This document shows positions 42,942 to 51,859 of a stretch of DNA of 64,000 bases, one piece after another. Every line of letters begins with the position of its first letter. Positions within the stretch are counted from its first letter, which is position 1. Source of the stretch: a virus (lineage: Duplodnaviria; Caudoviricetes); the IMG/VR virus record IMGVR_UViG_2914923772_000011, positions 1 to 64,000 of that record, one strand, 5' to 3'. The notes under the pieces are model-generated. The model did no database searches. It worked only from the letters and a program-made list of their open reading frames with translations, and had not been told where the DNA came from. The position numbers and the translations under genes were made by a program.

Positions 42942-45662
42942 ATGAGTCTCACGGATGATATTTTAATGCATTACGGTATGCCCAGAAGGTCTGGTCGTTA
43001 TCCTTGGGGTTCGGGTGATAACCCTTATCAGCACAGCGGTGATTTTCTTTCCCGTGTAGAGGAACTGAAAAAGTCCAATTTCACCTTTACCGATAAAGAT
43101 GGAAAAACTTACACAGGAGAAGTAGCCATTGCAAAATCTATGGGCTTGAGTACAACCCAATTTCGTACCCAGATGAGCCTTGCAAAGGATGAACGCCGTT
43201 CTGCTGATGTCGCTACGGCTAAGGCTCTTCGTGCTAAGGGTTATAGTTTGAATGAAATCGCTGATAAGATGGGCTTTGCTAACGATTCTTCGGTTCGCTC
43301 GCTTTTGAATGAGAGTTCCGAAGCTCGTATGAATCAGGCAAAGCAGACCGCTGAATTTCTGAAAAAACAGATTTCGGAAAAAGGCATGATCGATGTCGGA
43401 ACCGGAGTCGAAAGAGAGCTTGGTATTTCGAAAGAGAAAATGAACCAGGCTCTTTATATTTTGGAAATGGAAGGCTATCCCATCTATGGCGGCGGTGTCC
43501 CTCAGGTAACAAACCCGGGTAAGCAAACAAACATCAAGGTTCTCTGCCCTCCAGGAACAGAGCATAAAGAGATTTATAATTTCGAGAATGTCCATTCCGT
43601 CAGAGACTATGTGTCTCATGATGACGGCGAGACATTCGACAAGTTTGTCTATCCTAAAAGTATGGATTCAAGCCGCTTGAAAATCCGTTATGCGGAAGAT
43701 GGCGGTATTCAGAAAGATGGTGTCATTGAAATTCGTCGTGGTGTAGACGACTTATCTCTCGGTGATTCCCATTATGCTCAGGTTCGCATCTTGGTCGACG
43801 GCAATAGATATCTGAAAGGAATGGCTGTTTATTCTGATGATCTTCCTGATGGTGTGGATGTAATGTTCAACACCAATAAGAAAAAGGGCACTCCGACATC
43901 GGATGTTCTGAAGAAGGTAAAGGATGACCCCGATAATCCGTTTGGTTCCCTTATCAAAGCCGGTGGGCAGAGCTATTATATCGATGCTGATGGTAAACGA
44001 CAGCTCTCCCTTATCAATAAGCGTGCTGAAGAGGGCGATTGGGGTGAATGGGCGGATAAACTCCCCTCCCAGTTTCTTTCTAAACAGAGTTTGAGTCTTG
44101 TCAATAAACAGCTGAATTTGGCGGCATCTGATAAGATGGCTGAATTTGATGAAATCTGCTCACTGACAAATCCGACGGTCAAAAAATCATTACTGAAATC
44201 CTTTGCGGATGATTGTGACTCTGCTGCTGTGCACCTTCAGGCAGCTGCTCTTCCTCGTCAGAAATATCAGGTGATCCTACCTATCACTTCGATGAAAGAC
44301 AATGAAGTGTATGCCCCGAATTACAAGAATGGTGAAACAGTAGCTCTGGTTCGTTACCCACATGGCGGAACTTTTGAGATTCCTATCCTTACAGTGAATA
44401 ACAAGCAGGCAGAGGCTCGTCGAATCCTTGGCAACACACCTAAAGATGCAATCGGTATTAACAGTAAGGTTGCGGAACGGCTTTCAGGTGCTGACTTTGA
44501 TGGTGATACTGTCATGGTCATCCCCTGTAACTCTGGTAAAAGCAAGGTCAAGATTACTTCCACTCCTCCTCTGAAGGGACTTGAAGGATTTGACCCAAAA
44601 TTGGAGTATGGTGGAAAACCGGCTGGCACTTTCAAGCCTATGAAGAACACACAGAAAGAGATGGGTGTCATTTCTAATCTGATTACCGATATGACTTTGA
44701 AGGGTGCCACGCAGGATGAGCTTGCAAGAGCCGTTCGCCATAGCATGGTAGTTATCGATGCCGAAAAACACAAGCTGGACTATAAGCAAAGTGAGATCGA
44801 CAATGGCATCAGCTCTTTGAAAAAGAAGTATCAGGGCACGGTTGACGAAGACGGAAGATACCACGAGGGTGCTTCGACTCTGATTTCCCGTGCTAAATCG
44901 GAGACTTCTGTCACTAAGAGGCAAGGTAGTCCGAAAATCGATGAAAAGACAGGCGAATACATATGGAAAGATGTGGATGACCCTGTTTATGTCGATAAGC
45001 GAACTGGCAAGGTCAAAGAGCGTACTCAGCCCAGCACTAAGATGGCTGAGGCAAAGGACGCCTATACCCTGGTTTCCGAAGCTGATACCCCCGTGGAGCG
45101 TGCTTATGCTAACTATGCCAACAAAATGAAAGCCCTGGGCAACCAGGCTCGTCTTGAGATCCTCTCCACTGGGAAAGTACCCTACTCCGCCACTGCAAAA
45201 GAGGCCTATCAAGCTGAGGTCGATTCTCTGAATGCTAAGCTCAATGTAGCTCTGAAGAATGCACCCAGAGAAAGGCAGGCTCAGACTATGGCTAATGCGG
45301 TAGTGGCTGCTAAAAAGCAGGACAATCCGGATATGACAAAGGGCGAGCTCAAGAAAGCAAGCCAGCAGGCGCTTACTCAGGCTCGTGCCTCTGTTGGTGC
45401 AAAGCGAGAGACCATCAAGATTACAGATCGTGAATGGGAAGCAATTCAAGCTGGCGCTATTAGCGAGAATAAGCTTACCCAAATCATCGACAATGTGGAC
45501 ATTGACAGTCTTAGACAGCGTGCAACACCGAGAGCGACAACAACTCTCAGCACTGCAAAGCAGAATAAGATCGCTTCGATGAATGCTTCTGGTTACAGCA
45601 CATCGGAAATTGCTGAAGCTCTTGGCATTTCTACGAGCACAGTGTCCAATTACTTGAATTGA
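42942..45662 (+). CDS. Single-chain two-barrel (DPBB) RNA polymerase with fused HTH domains
   Basis: AQVR-x7-LKGM (cellular RdRP-type barrel motif), VRYPH (R471), GADFDGD (D518-D522); HTH-like segments near N-terminus and at C-terminus. Confidence 0.8.
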   Translation: MSLTDDILMHYGMPRRSGRYPWGSGDNPYQHSGDFLSRVEELKKSNFTFTDKDGKTYTGEVAIAKSMGLSTTQFRTQMSLAKDERRSADVATAKALRAKGYSLNEIADKMGFANDSSVRSLLNESSEARMNQAKQTAEFLKKQISEKGMIDVGTGVERELGISKEKMNQALYILEMEGYPIYGGGVPQVTNPGKQTNIKVLCPPGTEHKEIYNFENVHSVRDYVSHDDGETFDKFVYPKSMDSSRLKIRYAEDGGIQKDGVIEIRRGVDDLSLGDSHYAQVRILVDGNRYLKGMAVYSDDLPDGVDVMFNTNKKKGTPTSDVLKKVKDDPDNPFGSLIKAGGQSYYIDADGKRQLSLINKRAEEGDWGEWADKLPSQFLSKQSLSLVNKQLNLAASDKMAEFDEICSLTNPTVKKSLLKSFADDCDSAAVHLQAAALPRQKYQVILPITSMKDNEVYAPNYKNGETVALVRYPHGGTFEIPILTVNNKQAEARRILGNTPKDAIGINSKVAERLSGADFDGDTVMVIPCNSGKSKVKITSTPPLKGLEGFDPKLEYGGKPAGTFKPMKNTQKEMGVISNLITDMTLKGATQDELARAVRHSMVVIDAEKHKLDYKQSEIDNGISSLKKKYQGTVDEDGRYHEGASTLISRAKSETSVTKRQGSPKIDEKTGEYIWKDVDDPVYVDKRTGKVKERTQPSTKMAEAKDAYTLVSEADTPVERAYANYANKMKALGNQARLEILSTGKVPYSATAKEAYQAEVDSLNAKLNVALKNAPRERQAQTMANAVVAAKKQDNPDMTKGELKKASQQALTQARASVGAKRETIKITDREWEAIQAGAISENKLTQIIDNVDIDSLRQRATPRATTTLSTAKQNKIASMNASGYSTSEIAEALGISTSTVSNYLN

Positions 45663-45676
45663 AAGGAGTGACTGGT

Positions 45677-45940
45677 ATGAATGGTTCTTGTGCCCTTACC
45701 ACATTTGACAACCCTTACAATCCATTTGAACAGTTCTCCGATTGGTTCCTGTTTGATGTAGAAAAGGGTTACAACACTTGCGCTTATCTCGATCGAATTG
45801 CTCACACTTCTGACCAATTCTCTGAAGAAGAGAACAATCAAGAGATTGAAAGAGCGATTGACGAGATCATTCGTTACGACTTCATGAACATTTACAAGAA
45901 AGTTAAGAGAACGAAAACAACAAAAGCAGACAAGGCTTGA
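45677..45940 (+). CDS. Hypothetical phage protein
   Basis: 87 aa, LTTFDNPYNPF; GAAAGGAG RBS. Confidence 0.75.
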   Translation: MNGSCALTTFDNPYNPFEQFSDWFLFDVEKGYNTCAYLDRIAHTSDQFSEEENNQEIERAIDEIIRYDFMNIYKKVKRTKTTKADKA

Positions 45941-46068
45941 ACTATAGGTTGAGGTCTAATGCTCTTTGAATAAAGTTTTTGTTTTCTTCTCTGAAAACAT
46001 TTGAACTTGAAGCCAACACAAACAAATAATCACTTGATCTGCACTGCTGCCGCAGGGCTTAAAGACAT

Positions 46069-46140
46069 GGGGAGGGGGTCTCCAAAATCGCACCCCCTAC
46101 CTCATCGCGGTGGTCTTAAAAAAATCTCCGGAGGGATATT
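46069..46140. other. Candidate cos / packaging initiation region
   Basis: GGGGAGGGGGT...ACCCCCTACC inverted tract then CGCGGTGGT and AAAAAAATCTCCGGAGGG, upstream of HNH and terminase genes; exact cut not determinable. Confidence 0.45.
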
Positions 46141-46163
46141 TTGGAAATGGGGTTTACCCCACG

Positions 46164-46295
46164 GGTGCAGTATTTGAACGAGCTTACAGGGTTGAGACAT
46201 TTTCCATAAAGTGTGAACATCTCCTTTCATGTTTCTTTTCTCCTTTCGGTGATTGGTGGAAATTCAACTCTGTAAGTTCTTTCAAATACTGCACC
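46164..46295 (+). ncRNA. Long-hairpin RNA displaying two anti-Shine-Dalgarno sequences
   Basis: 33-bp stem (46164-46196 with 46263-46295: 1 mismatch, 3 G-U) plus 7-bp inner stem. CUCCUUUC in an 8-nt loop (46221-46228) and again at 46240-46247. Confidence 0.65.
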
Positions 46296-46346
46296 TATTC
46301 TCACCTAAAAGAGCATCGGTTCAGATAAAAAGTGCAGTACAAGTAT

Positions 46347-46434
46347 GCGGATATGGCGGAACTGGCAGACGCAATAGACTCAGAATTTATTGGAGGTTAT
46401 CTCCGTGCAGGTTCAACTCCTGTTATCCGCACCA
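46347..46434 (+). tRNA. tRNA-Leu(CAG)
   Basis: GCGGATA/TATCCGC acceptor stem, anticodon loop CTCAGAA, long variable arm, TTCAACT T-loop, encoded ACCA end. Confidence 0.9.
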
Positions 46435-46461
46435 AATTTTTTAAGAGAGGAGGCAGTGCCA

Positions 46462-46803
46462 ATGCCAAAAGGTAAAGCTGCAAGCTCTTCCGACTCAAAC
46501 AGCCCATTGAGACCACCGACATCTCTCGAAGCGCAAGAGAACTTAATGATTTCTTTGGCGGTTCAATGTGCTGAAAAGCAGCTCAGAGACGGAACTGCTT
46601 CTTCTCAGGTCATAACACATTATTTGAAGCTCGGTTCCAGTAAGGAACGAATTGAAAAGGAGATTCTGGAGAAGCAGAAAGAGCTTATCGAAGCGAAGAC
46701 CAAGAATCTAAATTCCAACAGTGAAGCCAAGGAGTTGTACAACAAGGCTCTCGAAGCGTTTAGGAGATATTCCGGTGCAGGCGGTGAAGACGATGAGTAT
46801 TAA
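46462..46803 (+). CDS. Putative terminase small subunit
   Basis: 113 aa, helical; position between cos-like region and HNH/TerL; assigned mainly by position. Confidence 0.5.
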   Translation: MPKGKAASSSDSNSPLRPPTSLEAQENLMISLAVQCAEKQLRDGTASSQVITHYLKLGSSKERIEKEILEKQKELIEAKTKNLNSNSEAKELYNKALEAFRRYSGAGGEDDEY

Positions 46804-47212
46804 AACCTATTCGGAGTTAATTACATTGCCGACATTTGAAGAACGATTTCTCTACTTAAAGCTTGATGGTTCCGTTGGAAAAGAAACTTTCGGTTTTAAG
46901 CGATGGTTGAACCAAGAGTTTTATCATTCGGATCAATGGCTGCAATTCCGAGATGAAATTATCATTCGGGATGAAGGTTGTGATCTTGGTATGCCGGGTT
47001 ATGAAATCTTTGGTTCCGTATTGATCCATCATCTGAATCCGATTACTTATGAAGATATCTTAAATCAGAGCCCCTGCGTTTTCGATCCGGAGAATGCAGT
47101 TTGCACCAAGTTGAATACACACAATGCGATTCACTATGGTGATGAAAGCTTACTGGTTCTTCCACCTGTTCAACGCACACAAAATGATACATGCCCCTGG
47201 CGAAAACAATGA
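46793..47212 (+). CDS. HNH endonuclease (packaging-associated)
   Basis: RDEGCDLG...IHHLNP...N...THNAIH. Confidence 0.8.
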   Translation: MSIKTYSELITLPTFEERFLYLKLDGSVGKETFGFKRWLNQEFYHSDQWLQFRDEIIIRDEGCDLGMPGYEIFGSVLIHHLNPITYEDILNQSPCVFDPENAVCTKLNTHNAIHYGDESLLVLPPVQRTQNDTCPWRKQ

Positions 47213-47227
47213 AAGGAGAAAATTCCA

Positions 47228-47524
47228 ATGACAAAGGAAATCTATGAAAACTCTGTTCTTAATGATTCGACTGAAGCCATCGAGGAACAGGAAACGGAGT
47301 TTTGCGAAGACGCTGCTCGAAATGTGATCGGTGTTGTTACTGATTGCCTGAAGCTGAACATTCGTGAAAAGCCGAGTAAGGATTCCAGAGTAGTAACGGT
47401 TGTGACATGTCTTGACGAATTGGAAATTGACATGGGCGATTCCAATGATGATTGGTACGCTGTCTGTACTGCTACCGGTATCGAAGGATTCTGCATGAAG
47501 AAATTTGTAGCCGTCAGGCAGTAA
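47228..47524 (+). CDS. SH3b-domain protein
   Basis: KLNIREKPS...WYAV...GIEGFC. Confidence 0.65.
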   Translation: MTKEIYENSVLNDSTEAIEEQETEFCEDAARNVIGVVTDCLKLNIREKPSKDSRVVTVVTCLDELEIDMGDSNDDWYAVCTATGIEGFCMKKFVAVRQ

Positions 47525-47536
47525 GGAGAAAACGAT

Positions 47537-47872
47537 ATGGACAGTATACTGACATCGATTAAAAAGCTGCTCGGAATTGCTGAAGAGTATGAGCACTTTG
47601 ACCCGGACATCGTCATGTACATCAATTCGGCATTCTCAGTCTTGACGCAGCTTGGTGTTGGTCCCGAAGAAGGATTCCGTATCGAAGATGCAAGTAAGAC
47701 CTGGTCTGAATTCCTGTACGATGATCCTCGTCTTGAATTTGTAAAAACCTTTATCTACCTGAAGGTAAGACTGGCGTTCGACCCGCCGTTGAGTTCGGCA
47801 GTGATGGAAGCAATTAACCGACAGATCAGCGAGCTTGAATGGCGAATCAATGTGACAGTCGACCCTGATTAA
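47537..47872 (+). CDS. Putative head-tail connector protein
   Basis: 111 aa, SILTSIKKLLG...ELEWRIN; assigned by position and recall. Confidence 0.5.
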   Translation: MDSILTSIKKLLGIAEEYEHFDPDIVMYINSAFSVLTQLGVGPEEGFRIEDASKTWSEFLYDDPRLEFVKTFIYLKVRLAFDPPLSSAVMEAINRQISELEWRINVTVDPD

Positions 47873-47893
47873 AAACGAGAGGAGGATTTCAAA

Positions 47894-48295
47894 ATGGATA
47901 ATACAACACTTGCCCATCACGGCATCATCGGCATGAAATGGGGAGTCCGGCGCTATCAGAATAAAGATGGCACTCGTACCGCAGCCGGAAAGAAAAGAGA
48001 AAGTTCTTCTAAGTCTGATGCTCCTGCTCACGAGGACTATGCTAAAGCTCATAACAGTAAGAGCGTTAAGTCTATGAGTGATGCAGAGCTTCGCAACCGA
48101 CTGAATCGTCTTCAGATGGAGAAACAGTATAGTCAATTGTCTTCGACTGATGTGAATCGTGGAAAGGAATATGTATCGAAAACTCTAAAAGTCGCCGGAA
48201 CAATTGCAACCGCTACTTCGACCGCCTTAACCATTTACAATAACTATGGCAAGATCAAAGAAATTGTAAACGGTATGGCTAAGAAGGCTGGCTAA
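47894..48295 (+). CDS. HHG..G.KWGVRR-motif protein 1 (DUF7211-like)
   Basis: LAHHGIIGMKWGVRRYQNKDGT. Confidence 0.75.
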   Translation: MDNTTLAHHGIIGMKWGVRRYQNKDGTRTAAGKKRESSSKSDAPAHEDYAKAHNSKSVKSMSDAELRNRLNRLQMEKQYSQLSSTDVNRGKEYVSKTLKVAGTIATATSTALTIYNNYGKIKEIVNGMAKKAG

Positions 48296-48305
48296 GGAGG
48301 TACTT

Positions 48306-50051
48306 ATGGCATTATCAAACACTGCCGTTCCCAAGTATTATGGCATGTTTCGTGATGCCGTAATTCGAGGGGAGATTCCGGTTTGCAAAGAGATCTCCAT
48401 GGAGATGAACCGTATTGATGATCTCATCGCTAATCCGGGTGTGTACTATGACGACCAAGCTGTTGAGGGATGGATCGCTTATTGCGAATCCGAGCTTACC
48501 TTGACAGATGGCTCTGACCTTAGCCTTTTGGATAGCTTCAAACTTTGGGGTGAACAGATCTTTGGTTGGTACTATTTTGTTGAGCGAAGTGTGTATCAAC
48601 CGAATCCAGATGGTCACGGTGGGCACTATGTTCGCAAGAATGTGAAAAAAAGGCTGATTAACAAACAGTATTTGATCGTTGCACGAGGCGCCGCTAAATC
48701 AATGTACGGCTCAACCTTGCAGGGTTACTTTCTGAATGTTGATACCTCTACTACTCATCAGATCACCACCGCCCCCACAATGAAGCAAGCGGAGGAGGTT
48801 ATGTCCCCTCTTCGCACCGCTATCACTCGTTCAAGAGGACCGCTGTTTCAGTTCCTGACAGAAGGCTCTTTACAAAATACAACTGGTTCAAAAGCGAATC
48901 GTACAAAGTTAGCCTCTACAAAAAAGGGCGTTGAAAACTTCCTTACTGGTTCTCTTCTTGAGGTCAGACCCATGAGCATCAATAAGCTCCAGGGTCTACA
49001 AATCAAGGTCGCAACCGTTGATGAGTGGCTTTCAGGTGACATTAGAGAGGACGTTATCGGTGCAATTGAACAGGGTGCATCTAAGGTGAACGACTACATC
49101 ATCGTTGCAATCAGCTCGGAAGGTACAGTTCGTAACGGAAGCGGCGACACTATCAAAATGGAGTTGATGGACATCCTTAAGGGTGACTACATCAATCCCC
49201 ACGTTTCGATTTGGTGGTACAAGCTTGACTCCATTGACGAAGTCGGAGACCCGGAAATGTGGCTCAAGGCTAATCCAAATCTTGGAAAAACCGTAAGCTA
49301 TGAAACTTATCAGCTTGATGTTGAAAGAGCTGAAAAAGCTCCAGCTGCCCGAAACGATATTCTTGCGAAGAGATTTGGACTGCCTATGGAGGGTTACACC
49401 TATTACTTCACTTACGAAGAAACTCTTCCGCATCGAAAGAGGGATTACTGGCAGATGCCTTGCTCCCTCGGTGCAGACTTATCACAGGGCGATGACTTCT
49501 GTGCATTTACATTCTTGTTCCCTCTGCCAAACGGTTCTTTTGGTATCAAGACACGAAACTATATTACCTCTACCACTTTAATGAAGCTGCCTGCTGCTAT
49601 GCGGATCAAATACGATCAATTCATGGCTGAGGGCAGTTTAATTGTTTTAGAGGGTGCCGTACTTAACATGATGGATGTCTATGAAGATTTGGATAACCAT
49701 ATTCAGGAGTGCGGATACGATGTTCGATGCCTTGGGTTTGACCCTTATAACGCAAAAGAATTTGTAGCGAGATGGGAATCTGAAAATGGCCCGTTTGGAA
49801 TTGAGAAAGTTATCCAAGGCGCTAAAACTGAGTCGGTTCCACTTGGAGAACTGAAAAAGCTTTCTGAAGAAAGAATGCTTATCTTCGATGAGGACCTTAT
49901 GACCTTTGCTATGGGTAACTGCATTACCCTTGAAGATACAAACGGAAACCGTAAACTTTTGAAGAAGCGATATGAGCAGAAAATTGATGCTGTTGCGGCA
50001 ATGATGGATGCTTATATTGCTTATAAACTCAATCGAGACGCATTTGAATAA
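48306..50051 (+). CDS. terL: Terminase large subunit
   Basis: VARGAAKS, VATVDEW, GADLS, KIDAVAAMMDA. Confidence 0.9.
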   Translation: MALSNTAVPKYYGMFRDAVIRGEIPVCKEISMEMNRIDDLIANPGVYYDDQAVEGWIAYCESELTLTDGSDLSLLDSFKLWGEQIFGWYYFVERSVYQPNPDGHGGHYVRKNVKKRLINKQYLIVARGAAKSMYGSTLQGYFLNVDTSTTHQITTAPTMKQAEEVMSPLRTAITRSRGPLFQFLTEGSLQNTTGSKANRTKLASTKKGVENFLTGSLLEVRPMSINKLQGLQIKVATVDEWLSGDIREDVIGAIEQGASKVNDYIIVAISSEGTVRNGSGDTIKMELMDILKGDYINPHVSIWWYKLDSIDEVGDPEMWLKANPNLGKTVSYETYQLDVERAEKAPAARNDILAKRFGLPMEGYTYYFTYEETLPHRKRDYWQMPCSLGADLSQGDDFCAFTFLFPLPNGSFGIKTRNYITSTTLMKLPAAMRIKYDQFMAEGSLIVLEGAVLNMMDVYEDLDNHIQECGYDVRCLGFDPYNAKEFVARWESENGPFGIEKVIQGAKTESVPLGELKKLSEERMLIFDEDLMTFAMGNCITLEDTNGNRKLLKKRYEQKIDAVAAMMDAYIAYKLNRDAFE

Positions 50052-50064
50052 GGAGGTGGTCAAG

Positions 50065-50538
50065 TTGGATGAGATGTACCATCACGGTATTCTCGGTCAG
50101 AAATGGGGCGTTCGTCGTTTCCAGAACAAAGACGGAACTTTGACCGCAGCAGGTCAAAAGCGTTTGGAAAAGAAAGACGCAAAGTGGGCTCATAAAAATC
50201 ACAACAAAATCGTGACTAAAGCTCGCAAAGAAGTTTCCAAAGAACTCGATCAGTATGCCAATCAACTATTGAAAAATCTTTCTTCTGTGACATCGAAAGG
50301 TAAGATCAGTTCTTCGGCTATCAATTCCTATAATCGGAAGATGGCGGAACTGATGAATGAGTCTGTCAAGAATGTTACAGCACCTTCGGGGCGTGTCGTT
50401 CAATTCGTTGCAAAACGAGGAGAAGTTGGTGTGCATATGGCTCTGGCTGACAGAGGGTATGATATGCAGCAGCTGAAGAACGGCATCTGGGCTTCCGGTC
50501 GAGTTGCCTATAAGAAGAAAAATGTTGATATGGTTTAA
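50065..50538 (+). CDS. HHG..G.KWGVRR-motif protein 2 (DUF7211-like)
   Basis: TTG start after AAGGAGG; YHHGILGQKWGVRRFQNKDGT. Confidence 0.75.
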   Translation: MDEMYHHGILGQKWGVRRFQNKDGTLTAAGQKRLEKKDAKWAHKNHNKIVTKARKEVSKELDQYANQLLKNLSSVTSKGKISSSAINSYNRKMAELMNESVKNVTAPSGRVVQFVAKRGEVGVHMALADRGYDMQQLKNGIWASGRVAYKKKNVDMV

Positions 50539-50555
50539 GGAGGTGATGATTCAAA

Positions 50556-51845
50556 ATGGAGATGTCTTTTGGTTCCAGATTGAAACATGCTTGGAATGCG
50601 TTTACTGGCAATGTTCAAATGAACTACCGGGATTTGGGTATGAGTTATTCATATCGAGCTGACAGACCAAGAATGTCCAGAGGCAATGAAAGATCAATCG
50701 TCACATCGGTTTATAACCGAATTGCGCTTGATGTTGCTGCACTGAATGTTCAGCATGTTCGGTTGGACGAAAATGGGCGTTTTCTTTCGGTCATCGATGA
50801 CGGATTGAATAATTGCCTCACTTTGGAAGCGAATGTCGATCAGACGGCACGGTCATTCGTTCAGGATGTAGTTATCTCTATGTTTGATGAAGGAAGCGTG
50901 GCTATTGTTCCGGTCGACACCACGACTGACCCAAATGTGTCCGGTTCGTATGATATACAGTCTCTGCGTGTCGGACAGATTTTAGACTGGTATCCTCAGT
51001 ATATTCGTGCTCGTGTGTACAATGAACAAACGGGCAGAAAAGAAGATATTGTGGTGCCGAAAAGTGCAGTGGCTATCATTGAAAATCCACTGTACGCAGT
51101 TATCAATGAGCCGAACTCAACTATGCAGCGGCTCATTCGTAAACTTAACCTACTTGATGTCATTGATGAGCAAAGCGGATCTGGAAAACTCGATTTGATT
51201 ATTCAGCTCCCTTATGTAATCAAGACAGAAGCAAAGCGTCAACAAGCCGAAAATCGGCGTAAAGATATAGAAAACCAGTTGTCAGGTTCAAAGTATGGTA
51301 TTGCTTACACTGATGGTACTGAGCATATCACACAGTTGAATCGTTCCGTGAACAACAACCTAATGTCCCAGATTGAATACTTGACGAGTATGCTATACAG
51401 CCAGTTGGGAATCACTCAGAGCATTTTGGATGGAACAGCGGACGAGAAGACAATGCTGAACTATAACAACCGGACAATCGAGCCGATCATTTCCGCTATT
51501 GTTGATGAGATGAAACGAAAGTTTCTGACCAAAACTGCCCGATCACAACACCAGTCAATTTCATTCTTCAGAGACCCGTTCAAGCTGGTTCCTGTTAATG
51601 ACATTGCTGAAATTGCTGACAAGTTTACAAGAAATGAAATCATGACTTCGAATGAAATTCGTCAGGTAGTCGGTATGAAACCCTCCGAGGACCCGAGAGC
51701 AGATGAACTCAGAAATAAGAACCTGAGTGCGCCGTCCGGTTCCAATCAGCAGTCGGAAGAAATGCCTATTGCCGAAGTTGATTCAGTTGGAGACTCAGCA
51801 AGTGATTTGGACGACAAAATCTCTAAGCAAAAATCGAAAAAGTAA
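50556..51845 (+). CDS. Portal protein
   Basis: 429 aa between terminase and protease/capsid; HK97-like C-terminal T.NE.R...G. Confidence 0.85.
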   Translation: MEMSFGSRLKHAWNAFTGNVQMNYRDLGMSYSYRADRPRMSRGNERSIVTSVYNRIALDVAALNVQHVRLDENGRFLSVIDDGLNNCLTLEANVDQTARSFVQDVVISMFDEGSVAIVPVDTTTDPNVSGSYDIQSLRVGQILDWYPQYIRARVYNEQTGRKEDIVVPKSAVAIIENPLYAVINEPNSTMQRLIRKLNLLDVIDEQSGSGKLDLIIQLPYVIKTEAKRQQAENRRKDIENQLSGSKYGIAYTDGTEHITQLNRSVNNNLMSQIEYLTSMLYSQLGITQSILDGTADEKTMLNYNNRTIEPIISAIVDEMKRKFLTKTARSQHQSISFFRDPFKLVPVNDIAEIADKFTRNEIMTSNEIRQVVGMKPSEDPRADELRNKNLSAPSGSNQQSEEMPIAEVDSVGDSASDLDDKISKQKSKK

Positions 51846-51859
51846 GGAGGAAATTCAAA

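Noticed and set aside
46102-46230. Minus-strand 42-aa ORF (MKGDVHTLWK...) with a perfect GAAAGGAGAAAAGAAAC RBS, an alternative reading of the anti-SD sequence
   Set aside because: Disfavoured, not excluded. It would cross the cos-like site, run against all neighbouring genes and lie inside a stem whose G-U pairs work only on the + strand.
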